19,368 nucleotides of DNA from Blastocystis sp. Blastoise (GCA_039096225.1 JBBPEB010000010.1:1-19368), one strand, 5' to 3'; positions 1-8,344 are shown, counted from the first letter of the stretch. Numbers and translations are program-made. Notes: generated from the letters alone by a model not told the origin.

Positions 1-1145
1 CCGATAACAGTAACTATATCTGCAATTAAATGACCTTTAGACATAAAATCAACACCTTGTAAATGTAAGAAACTAGGTGCTTTAATATGGCATCTATAAG
101 GTTTGTTTGTATTATTTGATACAATATATACACCAAATTCACCTTTTGGAGCTTCAATTGTAGAATAAACTTCACCTTGAGGAACTACAAAACCTTCTGA
201 AAATAGTTTAAAATGACTAATTAAACTTTCCATTGATCTTTTCATTTGTAATTTTGAAGGTAAACTTATTTTATAATCATCAGCTTTAATAGGACCATTA
301 GGTATTTGATTAATACATTGCATAATAATATAAACACTTTGTCTCATTTCTTCAAGTCTAATTAAATATCTATCATAGTTATCACCATTAGTACCTACAG
401 GAATTTGAAAATTTACTTCATTATAAATTTCATAAGGAAAAGTTTTTCTTAAATCCCAATTAACACCAGTACTTCTTAACATAACACCACTAAAACCCCA
501 ATCACAAGCTTCTTGTTTGGTTATTTTAGCTATATCTACTAAACGTTCTTTCCATATACGACTATTAGTTAATAATTCTTCTACTTCATCTATAGAAGCA
601 CTAAAAGTAGTACAAAACATATATATATCACTTAATAAACCTAAAGGTAAGTCTTGGCGTACTCCACCTGGTCTAATAAAATTAGCATGCATTCTTGCAC
701 CAGTTAAACGTTCACAAAATTCAAATATTTTTTCACGTTCTTCAAATAACCATATAATAACGGTAGTTGAACCTATATCAAGTGCATGTGAACCTATACT
801 AATTAAATGATTTAATATTCTAGTAAGTTCTACAAAAATTACTCTAATATATTGAGCTCTTTTAGGAACATTACATTGTAATAATTTTTCAACAGCTAGA
901 GCATAACCATGTTCATTTGCTAACATAGCAATATAATCTAGACGATCAAAATAAGGTAAAGCTTGTAAGTAAGTTTTATGTTCTATTAATTTTTCAGTAC
1001 CTCTATGTAAAAAACCTATATGAGGATCTGCTTTTCTTACAATTTCACCATGTAATTCTAAAACTAAACGCAGAACACCATGAGTTGCAGGATGTTGTGG
1101 TCCGAAGTTAATCGTAAAACTTTTTAAATGCGTAGTTTTAAGCAT
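1..1145 (-). CDS. nad7: NADH dehydrogenase subunit 7 (49 kDa), 3' end runs off the window
   Basis: Missing from the ORF track. Hand translation from ATG at 1145: [27 protein letters not shown]...[10 protein letters not shown]...LPYFDRLDY...GARMHA...EAPKGEFG...[12 protein letters not shown], all Nad7/NuoD motifs. Confidence 0.98.
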   Translation of the reverse strand, partial: MLKTTHLKSFTINFGPQHPATHGVLRLVLELHGEIVRKADPHIGFLHRGTEKLIEHKTYLQALPYFDRLDYIAMLANEHGYALAVEKLLQCNVPKRAQYIRVIFVELTRILNHLISIGSHALDIGSTTVIIWLFEEREKIFEFCERLTGARMHANFIRPGGVRQDLPLGLLSDIYMFCTTFSASIDEVEELLTNSRIWKERLVDIAKITKQEACDWGFSGVMLRSTGVNWDLRKTFPYEIYNEVNFQIPVGTNGDNYDRYLIRLEEMRQSVYIIMQCINQIPNGPIKADDYKISLPSKLQMKRSMESLISHFKLFSEGFVVPQGEVYSTIEAPKGEFGVYIVSNNTNKPYRCHIKAPSFLHLQGVDFMSKGHLIADIVTVI

Positions 1146-1153
1146 AAACTACG
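1131..1153. repeat. 8-bp inverted repeat enclosing the nad7 start codon
   Basis: CGTAGTTT-taagcat-AAACTACG; the CAT (ATG on the minus strand) lies in the loop. Confidence 0.7.
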
Positions 1154-1165
1154 ATAGACCAACTT

Positions 1166-1239
1166 TATCAAAGAAGAGACTTGAACTCTTAAAATTAAGT
1201 TTCTAAAACTTACGTGTATACCAATTTCACCACTTTGAC
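1166..1239 (-). tRNA. trnL(uag): tRNA-Leu(UAG), short variable loop
   Basis: Reverse complement folds: acceptor GTCAAAG/CTTTGAT, D-arm GTG-AAATTGGTATA-CAC, anticodon arm TAAGT-TT TAG AA-ACTTA, T-arm AAGAG-TTCAAGT-CTCTT, A73. Confidence 0.9.
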
Positions 1240-1245
1240 TTTAAA

Positions 1246-1659
1246 TTAATATTTTTTTAAATAAACTATTTTTGTTTTAATAGGTAATTTAGCAGAAGCT
1301 TGTTTTAAAGCAATATAAGCTTTATCTTTAGAAACATTACTTATTTCAAATAATATTTTTCCAGGTCTTACTTTATAAATCCATTTATCAGTTTCACCTT
1401 TACCACCACCCATTCTAACACCATTAGGTTTTTTACTTATAGGAGTATCAGCACAAACATTTACATAAATAATACCTGTTTTTTTTAAAGTTTTTACTAA
1501 AACATTAAATGTAGCTTGAATTTGTTGTACATTTAATCTAGTATAATCTAAAGCTTTAATACCAAAATCGCCTTTTTGTAAAATTAAACCACGAGTATTT
1601 ATGTTTTTTAAAGTACCTTTTTGTATTTTTCTATATTTAATTTTTTTTGATTGAAACAT
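1246..1659 (-). CDS. rpl16: ribosomal protein L16
   Basis: KYRKIQKG, PISKKPNGVRMGGGKG, GKILFEI, A..KLP motifs; follows rps3 as in the S10 operon. Confidence 0.97.
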   Translation of the reverse strand: MFQSKKIKYRKIQKGTLKNINTRGLILQKGDFGIKALDYTRLNVQQIQATFNVLVKTLKKTGIIYVNVCADTPISKKPNGVRMGGGKGETDKWIYKVRPGKILFEISNVSKDKAYIALKQASAKLPIKTKIVYLKKY

Positions 1660-2614
1660 TGTTTTTAATTGAATTATTTATCCATAATTTTATACTACTA
1701 GTACCAGAACTTTTTACAATTTGTTTATGACTATAATCTATGTTATAATTTATTGTATTTAAAGGTATAGTACCTATATTTAATATAATGATACGTTTTC
1801 TTTTATTTAATAAAAAACGTCCTTTTATATGTAATTTTATACCTTTTAAATTACTAGTATCTAAATTTATATAAAATGATCCTAAAGTATTAATTAAATT
1901 TAATAAAGTATAAAAATTAAATTTATAATCTTTTTTACCTTCATTCATATTTAATAATTGATTTTTTATAAATTGAGCTAAAGTTTGTGCATTTATATAA
2001 TAATTATTTAAATGTTTACTATAAGCTAAAGCTAAGAATAACATATTTAATGTTTTATAATATTTTACTCTTTTAAATTTTCTAAGTATTTTTTGATTTT
2101 TTAATTGTAAATGTAATTTTAAATGTTCATTTTGTTTAGGTAAAAAATTTAAACCTATATTTTTTATATAAAATTGTACATTTACTTTTTCAGATAATAT
2201 ATTATTTAATATTTGAATACATTCTAATTTTTTAGAATTTATATAATAATTATAAAAATTTTTTTTTATAAGATTTAATTTGGTATTTTTATATAATTTT
2301 GAATTTCCTTTTTTAGTATATTGTTTTTTATTTTTTTTTAAATTAAAATCATATATATTTATTTTTTTAAAAAATTTATAATTAAAAAATAAATAAACAT
2401 ATATTACATAATTATTATTATATTTATAAATAATACATTTATCTACAATAATATTAGAATTTTTTAGAGAAGATTGAAAAACATTTTCAATAGTTTTTCT
2501 TACATATAAATCTTCAACTAAGTTATTTTTATAATTTAAAGCACAATACCATTTAGAATCCCAAGTTCTATTGTTATTTACATGAAAATTTAATTGATTT
2601 ATTCTACTTGTCAT
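1637..2614 (-). CDS. rps3: ribosomal protein S3 (divergent)
   Basis: N-terminal WDSKWY, C-terminal LKGIKLHIKGRF...GTIPLNTINYNIDY...G..SIKLWI; lies between rps19 and rpl16. Confidence 0.93.
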   Translation of the reverse strand: MTSRINQLNFHVNNNRTWDSKWYCALNYKNNLVEDLYVRKTIENVFQSSLKNSNIIVDKCIIYKYNNNYVIYVYLFFNYKFFKKINIYDFNLKKNKKQYTKKGNSKLYKNTKLNLIKKNFYNYYINSKKLECIQILNNILSEKVNVQFYIKNIGLNFLPKQNEHLKLHLQLKNQKILRKFKRVKYYKTLNMLFLALAYSKHLNNYYINAQTLAQFIKNQLLNMNEGKKDYKFNFYTLLNLINTLGSFYINLDTSNLKGIKLHIKGRFLLNKRKRIIILNIGTIPLNTINYNIDYSHKQIVKSSGTSSIKLWINNSIKNNVSIKKN

Positions 2615-2619
2615 TTAGA

Positions 2620-2847
2620 TTATTTTTTTGCTTTATGAACACATTTTTTTCTAGTAAATACATAATCACCTAATTTATTTTGTAAATATTCACTTTTTAT
2701 TTTTAATTTTTTAAATTCTTTACCATTATGAATTAAAAAAGTGTTATTTAAAAAATCAGTAATTATAGTACTACTTCTACTATATGTTTTTTTAGTTTTT
2801 TTATTATTTAATAAATTTGAATCTATATAATTAATTTTATATTTCAT
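2620..2847 (-). CDS. rps19: ribosomal protein S19
   Basis: YSRSSTI, IHNGKEF, KLGDYVFTRK motifs; syntenic position. Confidence 0.95.
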   Translation of the reverse strand: MKYKINYIDSNLLNNKKTKKTYSRSSTIITDFLNNTFLIHNGKEFKKLKIKSEYLQNKLGDYVFTRKKCVHKAKK

Positions 2848-3571
2848 ATTTATGTGATTTATTTTTTCTTGTTTTTTTACCTTTGGTTATAATACCCCAT
2901 GGAGTTACTGAAGGTCTACCACCTGAAGTTTTACCTTCACCACCACCATGTGGATGATCAATAGGATTCATTGCAGTACCTCTTACTGTAGGTCTAATAT
3001 TCATTCCTCTAGATTTTCCAGCTTTTCCTATAATTTGTAAGTAATGTTCACTATTTGATACAATTCCTAAAGTAGCTTTACATTTTAAAGATATTTTTTT
3101 AGAAAATTTGTTATTTAATTTAATTATAGCATAATTTTCTTCTTTTTTAATTATCATAGCATAACAACCAGCACTTCTAACTAATTGAGCACCTTTACCT
3201 GGTACAATTTCTATATTATGTATATATACACCTAAAGGTATATCTTTAATATACATACAAGTACCATTTATATTATTAATTGATTCGGTAACATTAAATT
3301 GATTTGTTATTAAATCACCTACTTTTATACCTTTAGGAGCTACTATATAAGAATATTTTAAAGTTTTTAGATCTTGTAAAAGAGCAATATTGGCTGTACG
3401 ATTAGGATCATATTCTAATTTTTTTACAATAGCTTGTGAAAAATCTTTTTTAAAATCTATAAATCTATATAGTTTTTTATTACCCCCTCCTTTATGATAA
3501 ACAGTGATTTTACCACGAGTATTACGACCACCTGTTTTAGCAAATCCTTTTTTTAAAAATTTAAAATTCAT
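2837..3571 (-). CDS. rpl2: ribosomal protein L2
   Basis: GGRNTRGKIT, EYDPNRTANIAL, RPTVRGTAMNPIDHPHGGGEG motifs. Confidence 0.98.
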   Translation of the reverse strand: MNFKFLKKGFAKTGGRNTRGKITVYHKGGGNKKLYRFIDFKKDFSQAIVKKLEYDPNRTANIALLQDLKTLKYSYIVAPKGIKVGDLITNQFNVTESINNINGTCMYIKDIPLGVYIHNIEIVPGKGAQLVRSAGCYAMIIKKEENYAIIKLNNKFSKKISLKCKATLGIVSNSEHYLQIIGKAGKSRGMNIRPTVRGTAMNPIDHPHGGGEGKTSGGRPSVTPWGIITKGKKTRKNKSHKYEI

Positions 3572-3659
3572 TTTAAATAATATAATATAAAATCATTAAC
3601 TTTATGTTAAGATTTTCTACTGAAAGAACATTTTTATTTTAAATAATAACTTAAAATTA

Positions 3660-3989
3660 ATGAAAAAAACTAGTGAATTAAAAATATTAAATGTATTAAA
3701 TAATTATTATGGAATTAATCAAAATCAAATTCTTTTTTTATGTAATAAATATGGTATTAATATAAAAAAAGCTAATAATCAAAATTTAAATAAATTTTTA
3801 CAAGAAATTTTAAAAAAAACAATAAAAGATAATTATTACGTGGATGATCGTTTAACCTATTTAATTGAAGATAATAAAAATGACAAAAAAATAAATAAAA
3901 CTTTTACAGGTATGCGTCTAGTACAAGGATTACCTGCAAGAGGTCAAAGAACACGTTCAAATGCGAAAACTTCACGTAAAATAAGATAA
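3660..3989 (+). CDS. rps13: ribosomal protein S13
   Basis: YYGI and C-terminal GMRLVQGLPARGQRTRSNAKT signature. Confidence 0.95.
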   Translation: MKKTSELKILNVLNNYYGINQNQILFLCNKYGINIKKANNQNLNKFLQEILKKTIKDNYYVDDRLTYLIEDNKNDKKINKTFTGMRLVQGLPARGQRTRSNAKTSRKIR

Positions 3990-4002
3990 AGAATTAATAA
4001 CA

Positions 4003-4710
4003 ATGTTACGTAAATCAAGATCAAAATTATATACACGTTATAAAAAAACAAATTATTGGAAAAATAGTAAATTTAATTTAACTACTAAAAAATCATCTAA
4101 AAAATATTATTTTTTTTATAACATACGTTTATTAAGTTTAAATACTTTTTACAAAAAAAAATTACTTAATAAACAATGTTTAAAAAATTATTTAGGTAAA
4201 ATAAATGAAAGACAATTTAAAAATATAATAATACAAAATCCAACTTTATTAGAACAACGTTTAGATTTTAATTTATATAAATCAAATATAACTAGAAGCA
4301 TTTTTTTTTCTAGATTTTGTATAAGTAAAGGTTTAATTTTAGTAAATGGTATTAAAGTAAATAAACCTAGTTATTTATTAAAAAAAAATGATTTAATTGA
4401 AATTAATCCTAAATATTGGAATTTTTTTTATAATAAATTATACAGATATTTTTCATATAATTTATCTAAAAAAACATATATCACTTATAAAACAATTTAT
4501 AATTTAGAAGTAGATTTTAATACTTTAAGTTTTATTTTTTTAAATAAAAATAATTATAACTTAATTCAAAATAAATATTGTATTAAACATCAAAAAGCTT
4601 TTAAATTAAATAAAACTTTTAATAGAAGAAAAAGATTTATTAAAAGATATAGAAAAATTGTTTATTATGACAATATTTATTTACAATTTATAAAAAGATT
4701 TTATAAATAA
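4003..4710 (+). CDS. rps4: ribosomal protein S4
   Basis: S4 domain LLEQRLDFNLY...ISKGLILVNG.KVNKPSYLLKKND; follows rps13. Confidence 0.92.
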   Translation: MLRKSRSKLYTRYKKTNYWKNSKFNLTTKKSSKKYYFFYNIRLLSLNTFYKKKLLNKQCLKNYLGKINERQFKNIIIQNPTLLEQRLDFNLYKSNITRSIFFSRFCISKGLILVNGIKVNKPSYLLKKNDLIEINPKYWNFFYNKLYRYFSYNLSKKTYITYKTIYNLEVDFNTLSFIFLNKNNYNLIQNKYCIKHQKAFKLNKTFNRRKRFIKRYRKIVYYDNIYLQFIKRFYK

Positions 4711-4719
4711 AAAATAAAA

Positions 4720-4792
4720 GGCGCTTATAGTTTAATGGTAAAACTTTAGTTTGTGGTACTAAGTAGTATGGGTTCAAATCCTGTTAAGCGCC
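4720..4792 (+). tRNA. trnH(gug): tRNA-His(GUG), genome-encoded G-1
   Basis: G-GCGCTTA/TAAGCGC-C acceptor, anticodon arm TTAGT-TT GTG GT-ACTAA, T-loop TTCAAAT. Confidence 0.96.
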
Positions 4793-4798
4793 CTAAAA

Positions 4799-4872
4799 GA
4801 GTCTATAACTCAATTGGTTAGAGTATACGCTTGATAAGCGTACTGTTAAAGGTTCAAGTCCTTTTAGACTCA
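4799..4872 (+). tRNA. trnI(gau): tRNA-Ile(GAU)
   Basis: GAGTCTA/TAGACTC acceptor, TACGC-TT GAT AA-GCGTA anticodon arm. Confidence 0.97.
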
Positions 4873-4879
4873 TAATTAA

Positions 4880-5056
4880 ATGATAAAAAAAAAAAATTTA
4901 ACTATATCTAAAAAATTATATAAATTAAATACCAATTATAATATATTTTTATATAAAACATTTAATAAATCTATTATAAATCTAGTTAATGAAGTTGCTA
5001 ATACTAAAGCAAAAAGTTCTAAAAATAATTCAAATATAAAAAATATTTCTTTTTAA
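4880..5056 (+). CDS. unassigned small basic protein (orf58)
   Basis: ATG..TAA open frame filling the trnI-trnC gap: MIKKKNLTISKKLYKLNTNYNIFLYKTFNKSIINLVNEVANTKAKSSKNNSNIKNISF; no motif recognised. Confidence 0.6.
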   Translation: MIKKKNLTISKKLYKLNTNYNIFLYKTFNKSIINLVNEVANTKAKSSKNNSNIKNISF

Positions 5057-5058
5057 AC

Positions 5059-5131
5059 GATTGGATAGCATAAATGGTTCATGCAGTTGACTGCAAATCT
5101 ACAGATAGTGGTTCAATTCCACTTCCAATCT
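5059..5131 (+). tRNA. trnC(gca): tRNA-Cys(GCA)
   Basis: GATTGGA/TCCAATC acceptor, U73, anticodon loop CT GCA AA; one T-T mismatch in the anticodon stem. Confidence 0.95.
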
Positions 5132-5137
5132 TTAAAC

Positions 5138-5209
5138 GGGGGTATAATTAAATTGGTATAATATGTGATCTGCACTCACAATTTATCGGTTCAAGTCCGG
5201 TTATCTCCA
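5138..5209 (+). tRNA. trnA(ugc): tRNA-Ala(UGC)
   Basis: GGGGGTA/TATCTCC acceptor with G3:U70 alanine determinant; TGTGA-TC TGC AC-TCACA. Confidence 0.93.
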
Positions 5210-5212
5210 TAA

Positions 5213-5518
5213 ATGCAAAATAAACAAATAAAAGATAGTTATATAAAAGCTAATTATGTAAATAATTTTATTGAAAAAAAAGCTTTAAATTCAGTCTTAC
5301 GTGCTTGTAAATATGATTTAAATAAAACAACTGTAACTAATGCTTTTATTAGAATGAATTTATTAAAAAAAAGTTCTTATAAAACTTATAATAAAAATAG
5401 ATGTATAATTACAGGTAGATCTCGATATATTTTACATAAATATGGTTTATCTAGATTAACATTTAAAGATTATACTTTTAATAACAAACTTCCAGGATTA
5501 AAAAGATCAAGTTGGTAA
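5213..5518 (+). CDS. rps14: ribosomal protein S14
   Basis: NRCIITGRSR...GLSRLTFK...LPGLKRSSW. Confidence 0.96.
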   Translation: MQNKQIKDSYIKANYVNNFIEKKALNSVLRACKYDLNKTTVTNAFIRMNLLKKSSYKTYNKNRCIITGRSRYILHKYGLSRLTFKDYTFNNKLPGLKRSSW

Positions 5519-5520
5519 TT

Positions 5521-5943
5521 ATGAAATACACAAATAATTTATTTAATATTTTAAATGAAGCTTCAAAAATAGGTTATAAATGTATAACCTTAAATCAAAT
5601 AAATAATATAGTTTTAGATATTCTTTATTTACTTCAACAAAAAGGTTATATACATTCATTTTTTATTGAAAATAATAATAAATGTACCATTTTTTTTAAT
5701 AATTTTGAATTTAATAAAAAATCTTTTTATAAAATAATACCATTATCTAAACCTAGTTTAAAAAAATATGCAACTGTAACTGAATTAAAACAAATTAGAT
5801 CTACTGATATATTTAATGATTATTTTTTAGTAAAATCAAATTTAAACGATCGTAAAATAGCTATTATTACAATAGATGATGCTATTAAAATGAATATAGG
5901 TGGTGCTTTAATTTGTAAAATTTATAAAAATTATAAAAACTAA
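5521..5943 (+). CDS. rps8: ribosomal protein S8 (divergent)
   Basis: ILYLLQQKGYI, LSKPSLKKY, A.KMNIGG.LIC; between rps14 and rpl6. Start moved to the ATG at 5521 (the track's 5512 is a TTG inside rps14). Confidence 0.9.
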   Translation: MKYTNNLFNILNEASKIGYKCITLNQINNIVLDILYLLQQKGYIHSFFIENNNKCTIFFNNFEFNKKSFYKIIPLSKPSLKKYATVTELKQIRSTDIFNDYFLVKSNLNDRKIAIITIDDAIKMNIGGALICKIYKNYKN

Positions 5944-6557
5944 TGATAACTTATACACTAAATAATTATAAAAATATAAAAATAGTATTAACTGATAAAT
6001 ATATTATTTTTATTGGACCTTCAGGTCTTATTAAAAAAACAAATAATTTTTTTAATATACAATTTAAAGATAAAAATTTAATTCTTAATACTACTAATTA
6101 TAATAATCTATATAAACATTTAACTAAAAGTATACAATATGATAAAAAAAATATAACATTATTACCTTTACAATATACAAATAATAATTATGTACAAAAA
6201 GAAGGTTTAAATATTTATTTAAAAGAATTAAATAAAAATATACAAGGTGTTATAAATAATTATAGTATAAATTTAAAATTAAATGGTATAGGTTTTAAAT
6301 ATATAATTAAAGATAATAAAAATTTATTATTAAGATTAGGCTATAGTCATTATATTAATTATATAATACCTAATAATATTTATATTCAAACTATAAATGA
6401 AACTGAATTAATGTTAATAAGTAATGATTATAATTTATTACATAAAACAGCTTCAAATATACGTAATTTTAAAAAACCTGATTTTTATAAAGGTAATGGT
6501 ATAATATATAATGATGAAATTATAATCAAAAAAAAAGAAAAAGCTAAAAAAAAATAA
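5943..6557 (+). CDS. rpl6: ribosomal protein L6
   Basis: IGPSG, LKLNGIGFK, LRLGYSH, IRNFKKPDFYKGNGI. Confidence 0.95.
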   Translation: MITYTLNNYKNIKIVLTDKYIIFIGPSGLIKKTNNFFNIQFKDKNLILNTTNYNNLYKHLTKSIQYDKKNITLLPLQYTNNNYVQKEGLNIYLKELNKNIQGVINNYSINLKLNGIGFKYIIKDNKNLLLRLGYSHYINYIIPNNIYIQTINETELMLISNDYNLLHKTASNIRNFKKPDFYKGNGIIYNDEIIIKKKEKAKKK

Positions 6558-7154
6558 ATGACTAATAAATATATAAAAACAATACTTACAAATAATAATA
6601 ATTTATTAAATTTAAGTTTAGGTTATAATAAAAAAAAAAGTAATATACTTATAACATATATGCTTTTAGGTACTTTACATAATAATTCTATTATAAATTT
6701 AAATTATACAACTAAATCTTTACATATTTTATTACAATTTATTGAAGATTTAATTAGTAATAATGGTAAAATTCTTTTTATAGGTACAAATAATCCAAAT
6801 TTAAATACATTAATTAAACAATTAGCAGAAAATTATAATCAATATTTTACAGAAAATACTCGTAATTTAGACTTAGTAAATACTTTTAAAACTATGCCTA
6901 ATGCAATTTTTTGTTTTAATAATAATGTTTCTTTAGTAAATAATAATATACCTGTAATAAGTATAGTAGATACTAAAGATAATTTAACTAATTTAACATA
7001 TTATGCTCTAGCTAATACAAAATCTTTTAGACTAAATATTCTATATATTTATTTAATATTTAATCATATTTTAAAAGGTTTAACTAAAACTAAATTAAAT
7101 TTTTTTCAAGATAAACAATTATTTTTAAATAAAGCAAAATATTTAATTTTTTAA
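6558..7154 (+). CDS. rps2: ribosomal protein S2 (divergent, internally shortened)
   Basis: IINLNYT, GKILFIGT, PNAIF, IPVISIVDT motifs of uS2. Confidence 0.85.
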   Translation: MTNKYIKTILTNNNNLLNLSLGYNKKKSNILITYMLLGTLHNNSIINLNYTTKSLHILLQFIEDLISNNGKILFIGTNNPNLNTLIKQLAENYNQYFTENTRNLDLVNTFKTMPNAIFCFNNNVSLVNNNIPVISIVDTKDNLTNLTYYALANTKSFRLNILYIYLIFNHILKGLTKTKLNFFQDKQLFLNKAKYLIF

Positions 7155-7356
7155 ATAATATTTAGATAAAAGCTAAATGGATTAATCTATTTTAATTTAT
7201 AAAGAAATGAATTTACAATTAATGAAATAATTTTATATTTAAAAATAAATATAAAAATAAATTAAAATTAAATTAAAAATATATTAAACAATTAATATAA
7301 TAGATATATAAATAAAAATACAAAATGATATTTGTGTTTTATCTTCAAAAAAAAAA

Positions 7357-7731
7357 ATGATACAAAATTGTACAATATTAAAAGTTCTAGACAATAGTGG
7401 TGCTAAAGACGTAATGTGCTTTAAAGTGTTAAAAAGTAAATATAATAATCAACCTGCTATTTTAGGAGATTATATTAAAGTTTCTATACAAAATTTAAAA
7501 AAAAAAAATGAAACAAATTTAAAAAAAGGTGAAATTTATAATGCCATAGTATTAACTACAAAAACTAATAAACCTAGATTCAATGGTCAAAAAATTGAAT
7601 TTTTTGAAAATAGTGTTATACTTTTAGATAATGATTTAAATCCTAAAGGTTCAAGAATCTATGGTACTATTACAAAAGAATTAAGAAAAACCAATATAAA
7701 AATACTTTTATTAGCCTCAAACATAATTTAA
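7357..7731 (+). CDS. rpl14: ribosomal protein L14
   Basis: MIQ..T.LKVLDNSGAK, F.ENSVILL, PKGSRIYG...KELR. Confidence 0.97.
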   Translation: MIQNCTILKVLDNSGAKDVMCFKVLKSKYNNQPAILGDYIKVSIQNLKKKNETNLKKGEIYNAIVLTTKTNKPRFNGQKIEFFENSVILLDNDLNPKGSRIYGTITKELRKTNIKILLLASNII

Positions 7732-8256
7732 ATGAAAAATAGAATTCAATTATATACACCTAATATAAATAATAATTTATATCCAAAATTATTAGTAACT
7801 CATTATACAAATTTACCTAAATTATCAAAAATAAGTTTAAATATAAATTTTAATAATAAAAATATATCAAATCAAAATATAATTTATACCTTAATATTTT
7901 TAGAAATACTTTCAAATCAAAAAACATCTTTAATTTTTTTAAAAAATAGAGAAAATAAAACAAAACATATAAAAATTTTAGGTTGTAAATTAACTTTACG
8001 TAATTTTATGATGTATAATTTTTTAGATTATTTATCTTATATTGTTTTACCTAGAGTAAAACGTTTAGATAAATTTACAATGCAAAATAATCAATCTAGT
8101 TTAACAATAAGTTTTGATAATTTTAGATCTTTTTTAGAATTTGAAAATGATTTTGATTTTTTTGATATAATTAAACGTAATAAATTAACTATAACATTTG
8201 ATAGTCAAAATAAAAACTTAAAATTATTATTAAGTTATTTAGGTTTACCTTTTTAA
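7732..8256 (+). CDS. rpl5: ribosomal protein L5 (divergent)
   Basis: LPKLSKISLN, LEILSNQK, GCKLTLRN..MYNFLD.L, C-terminal GLPF; abuts rpl14. Confidence 0.92.
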   Translation: MKNRIQLYTPNINNNLYPKLLVTHYTNLPKLSKISLNINFNNKNISNQNIIYTLIFLEILSNQKTSLIFLKNRENKTKHIKILGCKLTLRNFMMYNFLDYLSYIVLPRVKRLDKFTMQNNQSSLTISFDNFRSFLEFENDFDFFDIIKRNKLTITFDSQNKNLKLLLSYLGLPF

Positions 8257-8344
8257 CTTAATAATGAGCAAATATTAATTTATTATAATTTATATTAAAA
8301 TTATTAATAATATAAAAAATCTTAAAATTTATTTAATTTAAAAA

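Noticed and set aside
517-810. 97-aa plus-strand ORF in the track
   Set aside because: Antisense shadow of nad7; non-ATG start and no motif.
1166-1239. CUN codon reassignment suggested by the armless tRNA(UAG)
   Set aside because: CTG, CTA and CTT occur at conserved Leu positions in Nad7 and Nad5, and the tRNA has a Leu-type D-arm and A73.
3604-3639. Short upstream ORF (MLRFSTERTFLF-like) before rps13
   Set aside because: Only about a dozen codons, no similarity to the uS13 N-terminus; expected by chance.
5512-5520. TTG start for rps8
   Set aside because: It lies inside the end of rps14; the ATG at 5521 is in frame and 2 nt after the rps14 stop.
7161-7230. tRNA pseudogene (AGCTAAATGG resembles a D-arm) or tiny ORFs
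   Set aside because: No anticodon arm, T-loop or acceptor pairing; the ATG frames close within 2-7 codons.
8257-8344. Terminator hairpin at the convergent rpl5/nad4L junction (TTTATATTA/TAATATAAA)
   Set aside because: An A/T-only stem in almost pure A/T sequence cannot be distinguished from chance.
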